Below are positions 16,616-25,554 of a stretch of 64,000 bases of DNA, in pieces. How positions within the stretch are numbered: position 1 is the stretch's first letter; every line of letters starts with the position of its first letter. The notes below the pieces were generated by a model. It was given only the letters and a program-made list of their open reading frames with translations, ran no database searches and was not told the DNA's origin. The position numbers were made by a program, and so were the translations under genes. The stretch lies in assembly GCA_049802235.1 (NCBI GenBank), contig JBARMB010000050.1, positions 87,577 through 151,576 on the forward strand, given 5' to 3'. This stretch comes from Burkholderiales bacterium. Its GTDB lineage: Bacteria; Pseudomonadota; Gammaproteobacteria; Burkholderiales; SG8-39.

Positions 16616-16632
16616 GTTTCCCCGGCTTCCAT

Positions 16633-18000
16633 TTACTTACCCGCGGTTCTTTCCCGCAGCGTCACGAATTCTTCCGCCGCGGTGGGATGGATGCCCACCG
16701 TGGCGTCGAACTGCGCCTTGGTGAGTCCGGCCTTCACCGCGATGGCAATGCCCTGGATGATCTCCGGCGCATCCGCGCCCACCATGTGCGCGCCCACCAC
16801 GCGCTCGCTGGCGGCGTCGACGACGAGCTTCACCAACGTGCGCTCGTCGCGACCGGAGAGCGTGTGCCGCAGCGGCCGGAAGCTCGCCTTGTAGATATCG
16901 ACCTTGCCGAATTTCGCCATCGCCTTGGACTCGGTGAGGCCGACCGTGCCTATCGGCGGCTGGCTGAACACGGCGCTCGGCACGTCGTCGTGGTCCACCG
17001 GCGTTTCGCGTCCGCCGAAGAGCGTCATCGCCACGGCCGCGCCCTCGCGGATCGCCACCGGCGTGAGCGCGATGCGGTGGGTCACGTCGCCCACCGCGTA
17101 GATGCTGGCGACGCTGCTGCGGCAAAACCGGTCCACCACCACGCCGCCCGCGTCGTCCAGCCTGACGCCAACCTCCGCCAAGCCGAGACGCGCGGTGTTG
17201 GGCGTGCGGCCGGTCGCGTAGAGCACCGCGTCGCACTCGAATTTGCCGCCGGGGACGCCGCTCATGCTGACCTCGAGCGTGCCGTCGGCGCGGCGCGCGA
17301 TGCGCGACACCTCGCTCGCAAGCAGGATGCGCACGCCCTTCTTGCCCATCTCGTCGTGCAGGTGGCGGCGCACGTCGTCGTCGAACCCCCTCAGGATCTG
17401 CTCGCCGCGATAGGAAAGCGTGACCTCGGCGCCGAGCCCGCGGAAAATGCCGGCGAACTCCGCCGCGATGTAGCCGCCGCCCACCAGCAGCACGCGCCGC
17501 GGCAGCTCAGGCAATTCGAACGCCTCGTTCGAGGTGATCGCATGCTCGATGCCGGGGATCGCCGGCTTAGCCGGCCAGCCGCCGGTGGCGATGAGAATGT
17601 TTTGCGCCGTCACGCGGCGCCCGCCGATCGCCACGGTGTGCGCATCGAGCAGTTTCGCCGTGCCCTCGATCACGGCGACGCCCGCCTTGATAAGCGCGTC
17701 GGCATAAATGCCGGAGAGCCGCGCGATCTCGCGGTTCTTGTTCTCGATCAGCGCCGGCCAGGAAAACGACGCGCCCGCTACGGTCCAGCCGTAGCCGCGC
17801 GCGTCCTCCAGGTCTTCGGCGTAGTGCGCGGCATAGGCCAGCAGCTTCTTCGGCACGCAGCCGCGGATCACGCAGGTGCCGCCGATGCGGTCGTTCTCGG
17901 CGATCGCCACTCTCGCGCCGAACTGGCCCGCCATGCGGCTCGCGCGCACGCCGCCCGAGCCGGCGCCGATGGTGAAGAGGTCGTAGTCGAAACGCGTCAT
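16633..18000 (-). CDS. gor: Glutathione-disulfide reductase
   Basis: GAGSGGVRASR FAD motif, redox-active GGTCVIRGCVPKK, and a C-terminal GIHPTAAEEFVTLR dimer-interface His motif. Confidence 0.85.
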   Translation of the reverse strand: MTRFDYDLFTIGAGSGGVRASRMAGQFGARVAIAENDRIGGTCVIRGCVPKKLLAYAAHYAEDLEDARGYGWTVAGASFSWPALIENKNREIARLSGIYADALIKAGVAVIEGTAKLLDAHTVAIGGRRVTAQNILIATGGWPAKPAIPGIEHAITSNEAFELPELPRRVLLVGGGYIAAEFAGIFRGLGAEVTLSYRGEQILRGFDDDVRRHLHDEMGKKGVRILLASEVSRIARRADGTLEVSMSGVPGGKFECDAVLYATGRTPNTARLGLAEVGVRLDDAGGVVVDRFCRSSVASIYAVGDVTHRIALTPVAIREGAAVAMTLFGGRETPVDHDDVPSAVFSQPPIGTVGLTESKAMAKFGKVDIYKASFRPLRHTLSGRDERTLVKLVVDAASERVVGAHMVGADAPEIIQGIAIAVKAGLTKAQFDATVGIHPTAAEEFVTLRERTAGK

Positions 18001-18037
18001 GGGGGAAAGGGAAGGCCGGGACTTTTGTTGCGGACTC

Positions 18038-18880
18038 TTAAATGGTCCGCTCCACCATCGCTCTCAGCTCCGCCGTCACCTCGGGCTCGATGCCGAACCA
18101 CGCCTTCCACGCCGGCCGGCCTTGGTGCAGCAGCATGCCGAGACCGTTGACGGTCCGGTTGCCGCGCCGGCGAGCTGCGGCGAGAAACGGCGTCTCGAGC
18201 GGGATGTAGATGATGTCGGCGGCGAGCGCGCTCGCCGGCAGCTTGTCGAGCTTGATGTCGAGCGCGGGCTGGCCCACCATGCCACAGCTGGTGGTGTTGA
18301 CGACCATCGCCGCGCCTTCCAGAACGTCGTCGCGTTGCTCCCAGCGTAGGGCCTCGATCGGGCCGCCGAACTCGTCGGCGATGGCCTTGGCGCGGGCAAA
18401 CGTGCGGTTGACGAGCCGGATCTCCCTCGCGCCCGCTTGCGCCAGGCCGTAGCAGACTGCGCGCGCGCCGCCGCCGGCACCGATCACCACGACCGGTCCG
18501 GCGTCCGCCTGCCAGCCCGGTTGCTCCTGACTGATGTTGTGGATGAAGCCGTAGCAATCGTTGTTGCTGCCGGCGAGCGACCCGTCGGGCCTGACGACCA
18601 CGCAGCTGATCGCGCCGATGCTTTTCGCCACCGCGTCGACTTCGTCGACGATCGTCATTGCCTGCTGCTTGTGCGGGATCGTCAGGTTGACCCCTGCGAA
18701 GCCCAATGGGTGCAGCGCGCGCAGGGCAGCGGCGAGGCCCTCGGGCCTGATCGCAAGCGGCACGTAGGTCCCCGCCAGACCGTGCTGCCTGAACCAGTAG
18801 TTGTGCAGCATCGGCGAGCGGGAGTGCATGACGGGCCAGCCCATGACGCCGGCAAGCAGGAAACGATCGGGATGTGCCAT
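18038..18880 (-). CDS. aroE: Shikimate dehydrogenase
   Basis: From ATG 18880: MAHPDRFLLAGVMGWPVMHSRSPMLHNYWF...GVNLTIPHKQ...GAGGGARAV. An alternative upstream ATG at 18901 is possible. Confidence 0.8.
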   Translation of the reverse strand: MAHPDRFLLAGVMGWPVMHSRSPMLHNYWFRQHGLAGTYVPLAIRPEGLAAALRALHPLGFAGVNLTIPHKQQAMTIVDEVDAVAKSIGAISCVVVRPDGSLAGSNNDCYGFIHNISQEQPGWQADAGPVVVIGAGGGARAVCYGLAQAGAREIRLVNRTFARAKAIADEFGGPIEALRWEQRDDVLEGAAMVVNTTSCGMVGQPALDIKLDKLPASALAADIIYIPLETPFLAAARRRGNRTVNGLGMLLHQGRPAWKAWFGIEPEVTAELRAMVERTI

Positions 18881-19123
18881 CGGAAGCCTTTCCAGCCGCA
18901 CGGCGGGTGCCGCCTGTCACTCCGCCCATGCTCGACACGCGGGGGAGTCGGCAATCTAAACCGCCCGGGCGATCCAGGCAATACCCTGGCACCTGTTGCG
19001 CCCGGAATAATGGGAGATAGCGGGCCGCTTCTTTCCGGATTGTGAACTGGCGGGTGTCATGATTGCGCGATGGCAGCTTATTCGAATAGCATCGCGGACT
19101 CGACGCGAGAAAGAGGAGGTTTC

Positions 19124-20194
19124 ATGCACAAGACTTACAAGATTTTGATCATGGGTGCGTCCTACGGTTCGCTATTGGCAGCCAAACTGCTGTTCGCACG
19201 CCATGCGCTGAAACTGGTATGCCTGCCCGCCGAGGCCGAGTTGATCAACAAGGAAGGCATCCGGGTACGCCTGCCGATAAAAGGCAGGGACGGACTGGTC
19301 GAGATCGATTCGCGCAAGCTGCCGGGGAAACTGTCCGCCGACGGTCCGCAGGCGGTGAATCCGGCTGACTATGATCTGGTCGCGTTGGCCATGCAGGAGC
19401 CGCAGTATCGTTCGCCCGGCGTGCGCGAGCTGCTGGATGCGGTGGCCAAAGCCAAAGTTCCCTGCATGTCGATCATGAACATGCCGCCGCTGCCCTATCT
19501 GGCGCGCATTCCGGGCATCTCGGTCGCCGCATGCAGAGGCTGCTACACGGACCCCACCGTCTGGGACAGCTTCGACCCCAAGCTGATGACGCTGTGCAGT
19601 CCGGACCCGCAGGCTTTTCGCCCGCCGGAAGAAAAGGTGAATGTGCTGCAAGTGAGGCTGCCGACCAACTTCAAGGCGGCGCGGTTTGAGTCGGACGCTC
19701 ACACCGCCATACTTCGCCAGCTGGAGGCGGAGATTGAAGCGGTCCGGTTTGACACCGGCGACGGCAAGATCGAATTGCCCGTCAAGCTCAAGGTGCACGA
19801 CTCCGTCTTTGTGCCGCTGGCGAAGTGGCCGATGCTGGTGGCCGGCAATTATCGCTGCGTGCAAAAAGATACCGTGCGACCCATCAAGGAAGCCGTGCAT
19901 AGCGACATCGAAGCCACGCGGTCGGTCTACAACTGGGTCGCCAAGGTGTGCATGTCTCTGGGTGCGTCCGAGAAGGATCTGGTGCCGTTTGAAAAATACG
20001 CCAACGCGGCACTGTCGCTTGGGAGCCCCTCCTCCGCAGCGCGAGCATTGGCTGCCGGCGCGCCCAATATTGAAAGGGTGGACCGTCTGGTGAAGACCAT
20101 AGCCGCGCAGAAGGGCATGCAGTCCAAGGTGGTCGATGAGATCGTCGCTTTGGTCGATGGCTGGCTGGAGCGCAACCGGAAGAAGGCGGCCTGA
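19124..20194 (+). CDS. Conserved hypothetical protein with an N-terminal Rossmann-like dinucleotide-binding motif
   Basis: ATG 19124 preceded by AGAGGAGG. MHKTYKILIMGASYGSLLAAKLL is a GxxxG-type motif. No further family is recognised. Confidence 0.5.
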   Translation: MHKTYKILIMGASYGSLLAAKLLFARHALKLVCLPAEAELINKEGIRVRLPIKGRDGLVEIDSRKLPGKLSADGPQAVNPADYDLVALAMQEPQYRSPGVRELLDAVAKAKVPCMSIMNMPPLPYLARIPGISVAACRGCYTDPTVWDSFDPKLMTLCSPDPQAFRPPEEKVNVLQVRLPTNFKAARFESDAHTAILRQLEAEIEAVRFDTGDGKIELPVKLKVHDSVFVPLAKWPMLVAGNYRCVQKDTVRPIKEAVHSDIEATRSVYNWVAKVCMSLGASEKDLVPFEKYANAALSLGSPSSAARALAAGAPNIERVDRLVKTIAAQKGMQSKVVDEIVALVDGWLERNRKKAA

Positions 20195-20223
20195 TCTTCG
20201 AAAGCGGTGACGAGTAAAAAGCC

Positions 20224-20526
20224 TCAGCAGCAGTCGCACTCGAACCCATCGGGGACGGCAAGCGCATCCTTCAGCCAGGCGAAGGGAAGATCGTCGATGA
20301 CCACCTTCTCCACCGGCTTGAACAGCTTGAAGTGGTGTCGCTTCCCGTCCGCCGTCCAGAACGCGACCACGGTCTCCAGGGGCGGACAGCCGGGGAGCGT
20401 GCAGGCGAGCTCCGCTACGAGGATCGCCGCCTCTTGGGGAAGTTTGAAGCGCTCGCGCGTCCACGCCTTCACCCGGTCCAGGGCCTGGAGGCGTTCGGGA
20501 CTCTTCCTGGAAGATCCAAGCATCAT
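20224..20526 (-). CDS. Small conserved hypothetical protein (Cys-rich C-terminus CDCC)
   Basis: From ATG 20526: MMLGSSRKSPERLQALDRVKAWTRERFKL...CPPLETVVAFW...FKLFKPV. The longer ORF-track start (20676) overlaps the divergent ADH gene's upstream region. Confidence 0.45.
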   Translation of the reverse strand: MMLGSSRKSPERLQALDRVKAWTRERFKLPQEAAILVAELACTLPGCPPLETVVAFWTADGKRHHFKLFKPVEKVVIDDLPFAWLKDALAVPDGFECDCC

Positions 20527-20714
20527 CGGTATGAGCCTAGCAGAAGCAGCGGCCGCCATCGCCGCCCCTCTCACGCGGCGCAGTGCTTCGCCGCGGCGCC
20601 GCGGCTCGGGTCGCAGTGTGCGCGCGGATTGTAAGGCGGGCGCAATGCATGAGAAACTGCGCGCTCCGGAGTGCATGGATACGAAGTGACCGCAATCATT
20701 GGAGGAATGTAACA

Positions 20715-21821
20715 GTGGAAAAGGTGCTGGCGGCAGTGAGAACAGGCCCGAGCAGGACCGAGATCCGGGAATTTCCCATGCCGGATATTCCCGAGGACAG
20801 CGCCTTGATGAAGATGGAGGTCGCCGGGATCTGCGGAACCGATGTCAAGTTGTACAAGACGCCGCCGTCCAACGCCCCGGTGATCATGGGCCACGAGAAC
20901 ATCGGCACCATCGCCAAGGCGGGCCGCGAGTTCACCCGACGCAAGGGCTTCAAGGAGGGGGACCTGGTATTCGTCGAGCACTACGTCATGTGCGGCAAAT
21001 GCGAGTGGTGCCATCTGGGTCAGTACCGTCACTGTGAAAACACCGACTGGCGCCATAATCCCGACGCCATCCGCTATGGCTACACATCGGCCGCGAAAGC
21101 TCCCCATCTGTGGGGCGGCTTCGCCCAATACGCGTACCTTCCGTGGAACGCCGTCGTGCACCACGTACCGAAGGGCGTTTCGCCGGAATTGGCGGGACTG
21201 GTCACCCCCATGGCCAACGGCATCGAATGGTCCCTGTTCGACGGTGGCGTCGGCTACAACTCCACCGTGCTCATTCAAGGCCCGGGCCAGCAAGGGCTGT
21301 CCCAGACTGTGATCTGCAAGCAGGCGGGCGCCTCTCTCATCATCGTCACGGGCACGTCGAAGGACGGCGCGCGGATGGAGGTCGCCAAAGCCCTGGGCGC
21401 CGACTACGTGATCGACGTGCAAAAGGAAGATCCGCTTGCTCGCATCATGGAGATCACTGCTGGCCGCGGCGTGGACGTCGTGCTCGACTGCACCGCAGGC
21501 GCCGGGACCCTTCCGGTGCTGCTCGGCGTGGAAGCGCTCAAGCGCAAGGGCGGGACGATGGTAATCCAGGGCGAAATGACGGAATTTCCGAATTTCCCGC
21601 TCGCCAGGGTCACGGTCAAGTTCATCACCATCAAGAGCGCACGCGGTCACAGCTACAAGGCCTGCGAGCTCGCCCTGCAGCAGCTTGCCTCAAAGCGCTT
21701 TCCGCTGGAGAAGGTCACGACCCACACTTTTGGACTGAAAGACGTGGACCTTGCCATCCGGTCGGTCGGCGGCCACGGCGTGCCGGACGTGATCCACGCT
21801 TCCCTCATGCCCTGGAAGTAA
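20715..21821 (+). CDS. Zinc-dependent alcohol dehydrogenase family (MDR) oxidoreductase
   Basis: GTG 20715 with GGAGGA 8 nt upstream. Motifs are MEVAGICGTDVKLY, GHENIGTI, the structural-Zn Cys cluster CGKCEWC, and the GPGQQG Rossmann motif. Confidence 0.85.
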   Translation: MEKVLAAVRTGPSRTEIREFPMPDIPEDSALMKMEVAGICGTDVKLYKTPPSNAPVIMGHENIGTIAKAGREFTRRKGFKEGDLVFVEHYVMCGKCEWCHLGQYRHCENTDWRHNPDAIRYGYTSAAKAPHLWGGFAQYAYLPWNAVVHHVPKGVSPELAGLVTPMANGIEWSLFDGGVGYNSTVLIQGPGQQGLSQTVICKQAGASLIIVTGTSKDGARMEVAKALGADYVIDVQKEDPLARIMEITAGRGVDVVLDCTAGAGTLPVLLGVEALKRKGGTMVIQGEMTEFPNFPLARVTVKFITIKSARGHSYKACELALQQLASKRFPLEKVTTHTFGLKDVDLAIRSVGGHGVPDVIHASLMPWK

Positions 21822-21978
21822 ATCGCCGCCGGGGAAGTAGTCGTTCCGGACGTCGATCAGCAACAGCGCCGCACCGTTGATGCGTGAACTCCTCGAAAAA
21901 ACATCCGGCGCAGCCGATCAGTCGCCGCTTGCGGCGGGCGGCTGCATCGGCTTGTCATGTATGGGAGTGGAGCGCGCC

Positions 21979-22863
21979 TTATAGACCCAGCGCGCCTAGG
22001 TCGAGATGCCCGTTCTCCAGCGGCGGACACCAGAAATAGCCTCCGGATACGGGACGAGTGAATTTGAACAGGGCGTCCGATACGCCGTCTTCGGCGCCGG
22101 CCATCCTGCGCAGCTGGGCTTCGAAGGCATCGAACGACTTTCCGAACGCCACGAAGACCAACCCCGCCTGGTGCTCGTCTGCCCAGGGCATCGACCGCCT
22201 GAGGATGAACGCCGCCGGGTCGAAGCTCTCCTGGGCCGTCCTTTTGACATGCGCCGAAAGCGGCGCGTCGGCGAGTTCCTTGTTGTCGCTCTTGCGGCGG
22301 CCGATGGCATTGTCCTGTTCCGCCGCCGTCATCGACTCGAACTTGTCGAAGTCGTGGACCCACTGCTGAACCGCGACGAAACTCGCGCCGTCGAGCCCGC
22401 GACCGCGCCCGCTGACTACCGCCGCATCGACCGCGGCCGCGTCCTTTGGATTCTCGGTCCCGTCCTCATAGCCCGTCAGATCGAGTCCCGGTCCGTAGCG
22501 GAAAGCGTCGATCGCCTGGCTCAACCGGAACGCGGGAGAGACGGCCCGCTCCATCGACCTTGAGCGATGCACGAGTTCGCCGCGATCGCCTCCCCGCAAC
22601 CAGCACCACAACGCGGTGGGCGTCGAAGGCACGGCAAAACCTGCGCCGGCATAGCGCGGGAACGTGCCGAGCCCGTCGATTTTGCGGCCCAGCGCAAGCA
22701 CCAGCGACTCCCCCAAACCGACGACCGTCCTGTCGCCGTCGGCGGAATCGCGCAGGGCACGCAATGAAGCGCGGGGATCGGCCTCGGCGCCGATGACAAA
22801 AAACAGATTCCTCGCATGCGCGGGAACGGGGGCCAATATCCCCGGTTGAACTTCAGCCGTCAT
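21979..22863 (-). CDS. Dyp-type peroxidase
   Basis: MTAEVQPGIL..., LDLTGYEDGTENP and ILRRSMPW are Dyp family signatures. Confidence 0.8.
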   Translation of the reverse strand: MTAEVQPGILAPVPAHARNLFFVIGAEADPRASLRALRDSADGDRTVVGLGESLVLALGRKIDGLGTFPRYAGAGFAVPSTPTALWCWLRGGDRGELVHRSRSMERAVSPAFRLSQAIDAFRYGPGLDLTGYEDGTENPKDAAAVDAAVVSGRGRGLDGASFVAVQQWVHDFDKFESMTAAEQDNAIGRRKSDNKELADAPLSAHVKRTAQESFDPAAFILRRSMPWADEHQAGLVFVAFGKSFDAFEAQLRRMAGAEDGVSDALFKFTRPVSGGYFWCPPLENGHLDLGALGL

Positions 22864-22952
22864 ATGCTTTTCGTCCGCACTCTACCCATGACGCGGATAG
22901 AAGAGTCCTGGCCGTTTCATTCAAGCCTCCGGCACGGATCCGGGGCGGGAAT

Positions 22953-23537
22953 TCAACGGCTGCCCTCGCGACCGGCGCCGCCGCGCCCGAAGCCCGGCAG
23001 CATGCGCTGCATGACATCGTCCTTCCTGACCAGAAGGTGGTACAGGGCGCCGACGAAGTGCACGACGACCAGGATCGCCAGCGCCCAGGCAAGAACACCG
23101 TGGCCTGATTCGAGCTGATCGTGAAGGGCCCGGTCCCGGCTCCCGACGATGCCCGGCACATGCACGAGACCGAACAACGTCGCGTCCATGGGACGGCTGA
23201 AGGTGCCGGCAAGCGCCCAGCCGCTCAGCGACGCCGCGAGGATCAGGACGTAAAGTCCCCAGTGACTGAGATGCGCGGCAACCCGTTCCCAGGCCGGCGC
23301 GGTGCGCGGCAACTCGGGCACCGCGTTCGTCCAGCGCCAGAGGAGCCTGAGAATCACGAGTGCGAGCAGGGCGTAGCCGACGGACGCATGCCACAGGTAA
23401 TGCTCGAACCGCACTTCGCGCGGCGCGAAATCGGCCATCCACTCGCCGTGAGCCAGGAGGACAAGAACGAGGGCCGCGCCGATCCAGTGAAACGCCTGTG
23501 ACGCCCAACCCCAGGCTGCCTTCGTGTTTCCGATCAT
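22953..23537 (-). CDS. Cytochrome b561 family protein (CybB-like)
   Basis: Four TM segments with conserved His residues (FHWIGAALV..., YLWHASVGY..., HLSHWGLY...). Confidence 0.75.
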   Translation of the reverse strand: MIGNTKAAWGWASQAFHWIGAALVLVLLAHGEWMADFAPREVRFEHYLWHASVGYALLALVILRLLWRWTNAVPELPRTAPAWERVAAHLSHWGLYVLILAASLSGWALAGTFSRPMDATLFGLVHVPGIVGSRDRALHDQLESGHGVLAWALAILVVVHFVGALYHLLVRKDDVMQRMLPGFGRGGAGREGSR

Positions 23538-23544
23538 GTGAATG

Positions 23545-23895
23545 TTACCTCTCAGCCTGCTTCAAGCGAGATCTGATTGCCTGCCCGGCTTCATCGTCGA
23601 TGCATGCCGAGGACCTGATGAACTCGTCGACCAATTCAATCCCGTCTCTACGCGTCAGGCTCTCCCTGGAAAGTGCGTCCATTCGATCCAGCTCCCGGGA
23701 AATTTGCTCCCGCTGGTCGAGAAGATGATTGAACTGCTGGTCGCAGCCGGGAATCGGTCGCGGATATTTTCCGATCTCCTCGAAGATCCGATCTCTTCTT
23801 TTTTCGAGTTGCCCCCTGACTTCCTTCCACATCGACTTGAGCAACGCCGATTCCGTTTGCCCGCCGATTGCGTGCCGTGATTTCACCGATGGCAT
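23545..23895 (-). CDS. Hypothetical protein
   Basis: 116-aa ORF, 7 nt upstream of the cytochrome b561 gene on the same strand. Charged and helical-looking. No family recognised. Confidence 0.4.
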   Translation of the reverse strand: MPSVKSRHAIGGQTESALLKSMWKEVRGQLEKRRDRIFEEIGKYPRPIPGCDQQFNHLLDQREQISRELDRMDALSRESLTRRDGIELVDEFIRSSACIDDEAGQAIRSRLKQAER

Positions 23896-24055
23896 GGCGT
23901 GTTCTCCTTCGTCGCGGGCCCGACCTCCGGCTCGCGCCCCTCCCGCAGCAGCACAAGGAAACCGCCCGACACCCGGAATGAGTGGCCGCCTGGAAACGGC
24001 AACACCGCAGCCGGCTCGAGCGACGCGTCAGTGGCCGGGCTCACGGCAACCGGTC

Positions 24056-24412
24056 TCAAGATACCCACACCATCGCGAGTGCCGCCGCACCGGGAAGCGC
24101 CTGAATCCAAAGTATCCTGCGATTCGCCGTCAACCCGCCGAACACTCCGGCGACGATGACGCAAGCGAGAAAGAAGACCTTGATCGAGAACCCGCTCGCA
24201 CCGAGACTGAGGCCCCAGACAAGCCCCGCGACGAGAAAGCCGTTGTACAAACCCTGGTTCGCGGCGAGAGTCTTCGAGGCCTTTGCGAACTCGGGCGCAA
24301 GACCGAACGCGCGCAAACCCGGGGGTCTGTCCCAGAAAAACATCTCCAGCACCAGAAAGTACAGGTGCAACAGCGCCACCAATGCGATCGCGATATTTGC
24401 AGCTGTTGTCAT
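24056..24412 (-). CDS. DUF1304-like small membrane protein
   Basis: From ATG 24412: MTTAANIAIALVALLHLYFLVLEMFFW...ANQGLYNGFLVAGL (DUF1304 pattern as recalled). Confidence 0.6.
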   Translation of the reverse strand: MTTAANIAIALVALLHLYFLVLEMFFWDRPPGLRAFGLAPEFAKASKTLAANQGLYNGFLVAGLVWGLSLGASGFSIKVFFLACVIVAGVFGGLTANRRILWIQALPGAAALAMVWVS

Positions 24413-24467
24413 GGCGCCGTCCTTCCGAGCACTGACCTTCGGCTGATACACGACCATCCACAGGGAA

Positions 24468-25460
24468 TCAGATCTTAAAGGCTTCCAGCGTTTCCGGCGC
24501 GAACAGCTCCTCCACCTTCAACCTGCGCTTCGACAGCCCCTGCTCGTGGTGATAGCGCAGGAACGTCTCGAGCACGTGGAGGTTCGGCTGGCAACCGTAG
24601 GCCCACCAGTCATCGCCCAGTTCGCGCCGCGCTTCTTCGACGTGCGCGACCTGCCACGGCAGCATGGTGGTCAACGCCGCGGTGGTGGTCAGGTTTTCGT
24701 AGACCATTCGCTGCGCTCGCGCGAATGCCTTGTAGAGCGACTGCGCGATCCAGGGGTTCGCCTTGTAGAGCTCGCGGCGGATCACCACCGTGTGCATGAT
24801 GGGAAATATCTTCGTCTTGCGGAAATACGCCTTCTCCACTTCGACGTAATTCTCGAATAGCCGCCGCACCGTTCCGGGCCGGGTCGCGAACGTCGAGGGC
24901 ATGCGCGCGGTGTGCATGGCCTCGAGCTCGCCGTCGGCGATCATCTGCGAGAGTGTCTGCGTGGGGCCGATGGACCTGAGCCTGAATTTCGCCGGCAGAT
25001 CGAGCTTCAGCTTCTCCTCGCGGCCGGGCTCTTCCTCGCCGCCGGTCCAGTACTCGACGCCCGCCGGATCCACGCCGTACTCGTCCTGCAGGATGCCGCG
25101 GATCCACACCGGCGCGGTCATCTGGTACTCCGGCGTGCCGATGCGCTTTCCCGCGAGGTCCTTCGGCTCGCGGATGCCGGACTTCGCCGAGACGAAGATG
25201 CACGAATGCCGGAAGAAGCGCGACGGGAACACCGGAATGGCGATGAAGGGCTGGATTTCTCGGGTGAGCGACACGCAGTACGAGGACAGCGACATCTCGG
25301 CGACGTCGAACTCGCGCTGGCGCAGCATGCGGAAGAACGTCTCCTCGACCTCGAGCTTGAGGTAATTGAGGTCGATGCCCTCGGGCTGCACGCGGCCGTC
25401 GGCCAGCGCCTGGGTGCGGTCGTAGTCCCAGCAGGCAAGAGTGAGGCGGAGTCTGGACAT
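24468..25460 (-). CDS. 4,5-dihydroxyphthalate decarboxylase-family (PhtD-like) protein, third paralogue
   Basis: From ATG 25460: MSRLRLTLACWDYDRTQALADGRVQPEGIDLNYL...EFDVAEMSLSSY. This is the same pattern as the gene at 8812. Confidence 0.65.
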   Translation of the reverse strand: MSRLRLTLACWDYDRTQALADGRVQPEGIDLNYLKLEVEETFFRMLRQREFDVAEMSLSSYCVSLTREIQPFIAIPVFPSRFFRHSCIFVSAKSGIREPKDLAGKRIGTPEYQMTAPVWIRGILQDEYGVDPAGVEYWTGGEEEPGREEKLKLDLPAKFRLRSIGPTQTLSQMIADGELEAMHTARMPSTFATRPGTVRRLFENYVEVEKAYFRKTKIFPIMHTVVIRRELYKANPWIAQSLYKAFARAQRMVYENLTTTAALTTMLPWQVAHVEEARRELGDDWWAYGCQPNLHVLETFLRYHHEQGLSKRRLKVEELFAPETLEAFKI

Positions 25461-25491
25461 TTCGTTCTTCTCGCGTTTCCTTGTCTGGCTC

Positions 25492-25513
25492 CCTCTCCCG
25501 CCGGCGGGAGAGG
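25492..25513. repeat. 22-nt perfect GC-rich palindrome (REP-like intergenic element)
   Basis: CCTCTCCCGCCGGCGGGAGAGG followed by TCCGGGTGAGGGTCGGG. It lies between the PhtD-like gene start and the Bug gene stop. Confidence 0.6.
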
Positions 25514-25554
25514 TCCGGGTGAGGGTCGGGATGGGTGCCGATCGCGGCATTTCC

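Larger units (their letters stand above)
11843..16632. other. Low-GC genomic island (about 4.7 kb between direct repeats) inserted between convergent core genes
   Basis: Hand counts of 60-nt lines inside give 37-57% GC, against about 60-72% in the flanks. Island ORFs use A/T-rich third positions. The island is bracketed by TGAGCTGACCCC at 11892-11903 and 16604-16615. Confidence 0.75.

Noticed and set aside
16687-18150. 487-aa plus-strand ORF across gor and into aroE
   Set aside because: It is antisense to glutathione reductase, which has a redox-active CxxxxC and FAD/NAD motifs. It is a shadow ORF.
20527-20676. Upstream 50 codons of the 150-aa minus-strand ORF (MHSGARSFSC...)
   Set aside because: This part overlaps the upstream region of the divergent alcohol dehydrogenase gene and has an Arg/Ala-rich composition. 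The conserved-looking portion starts at MMLGSS (20526).
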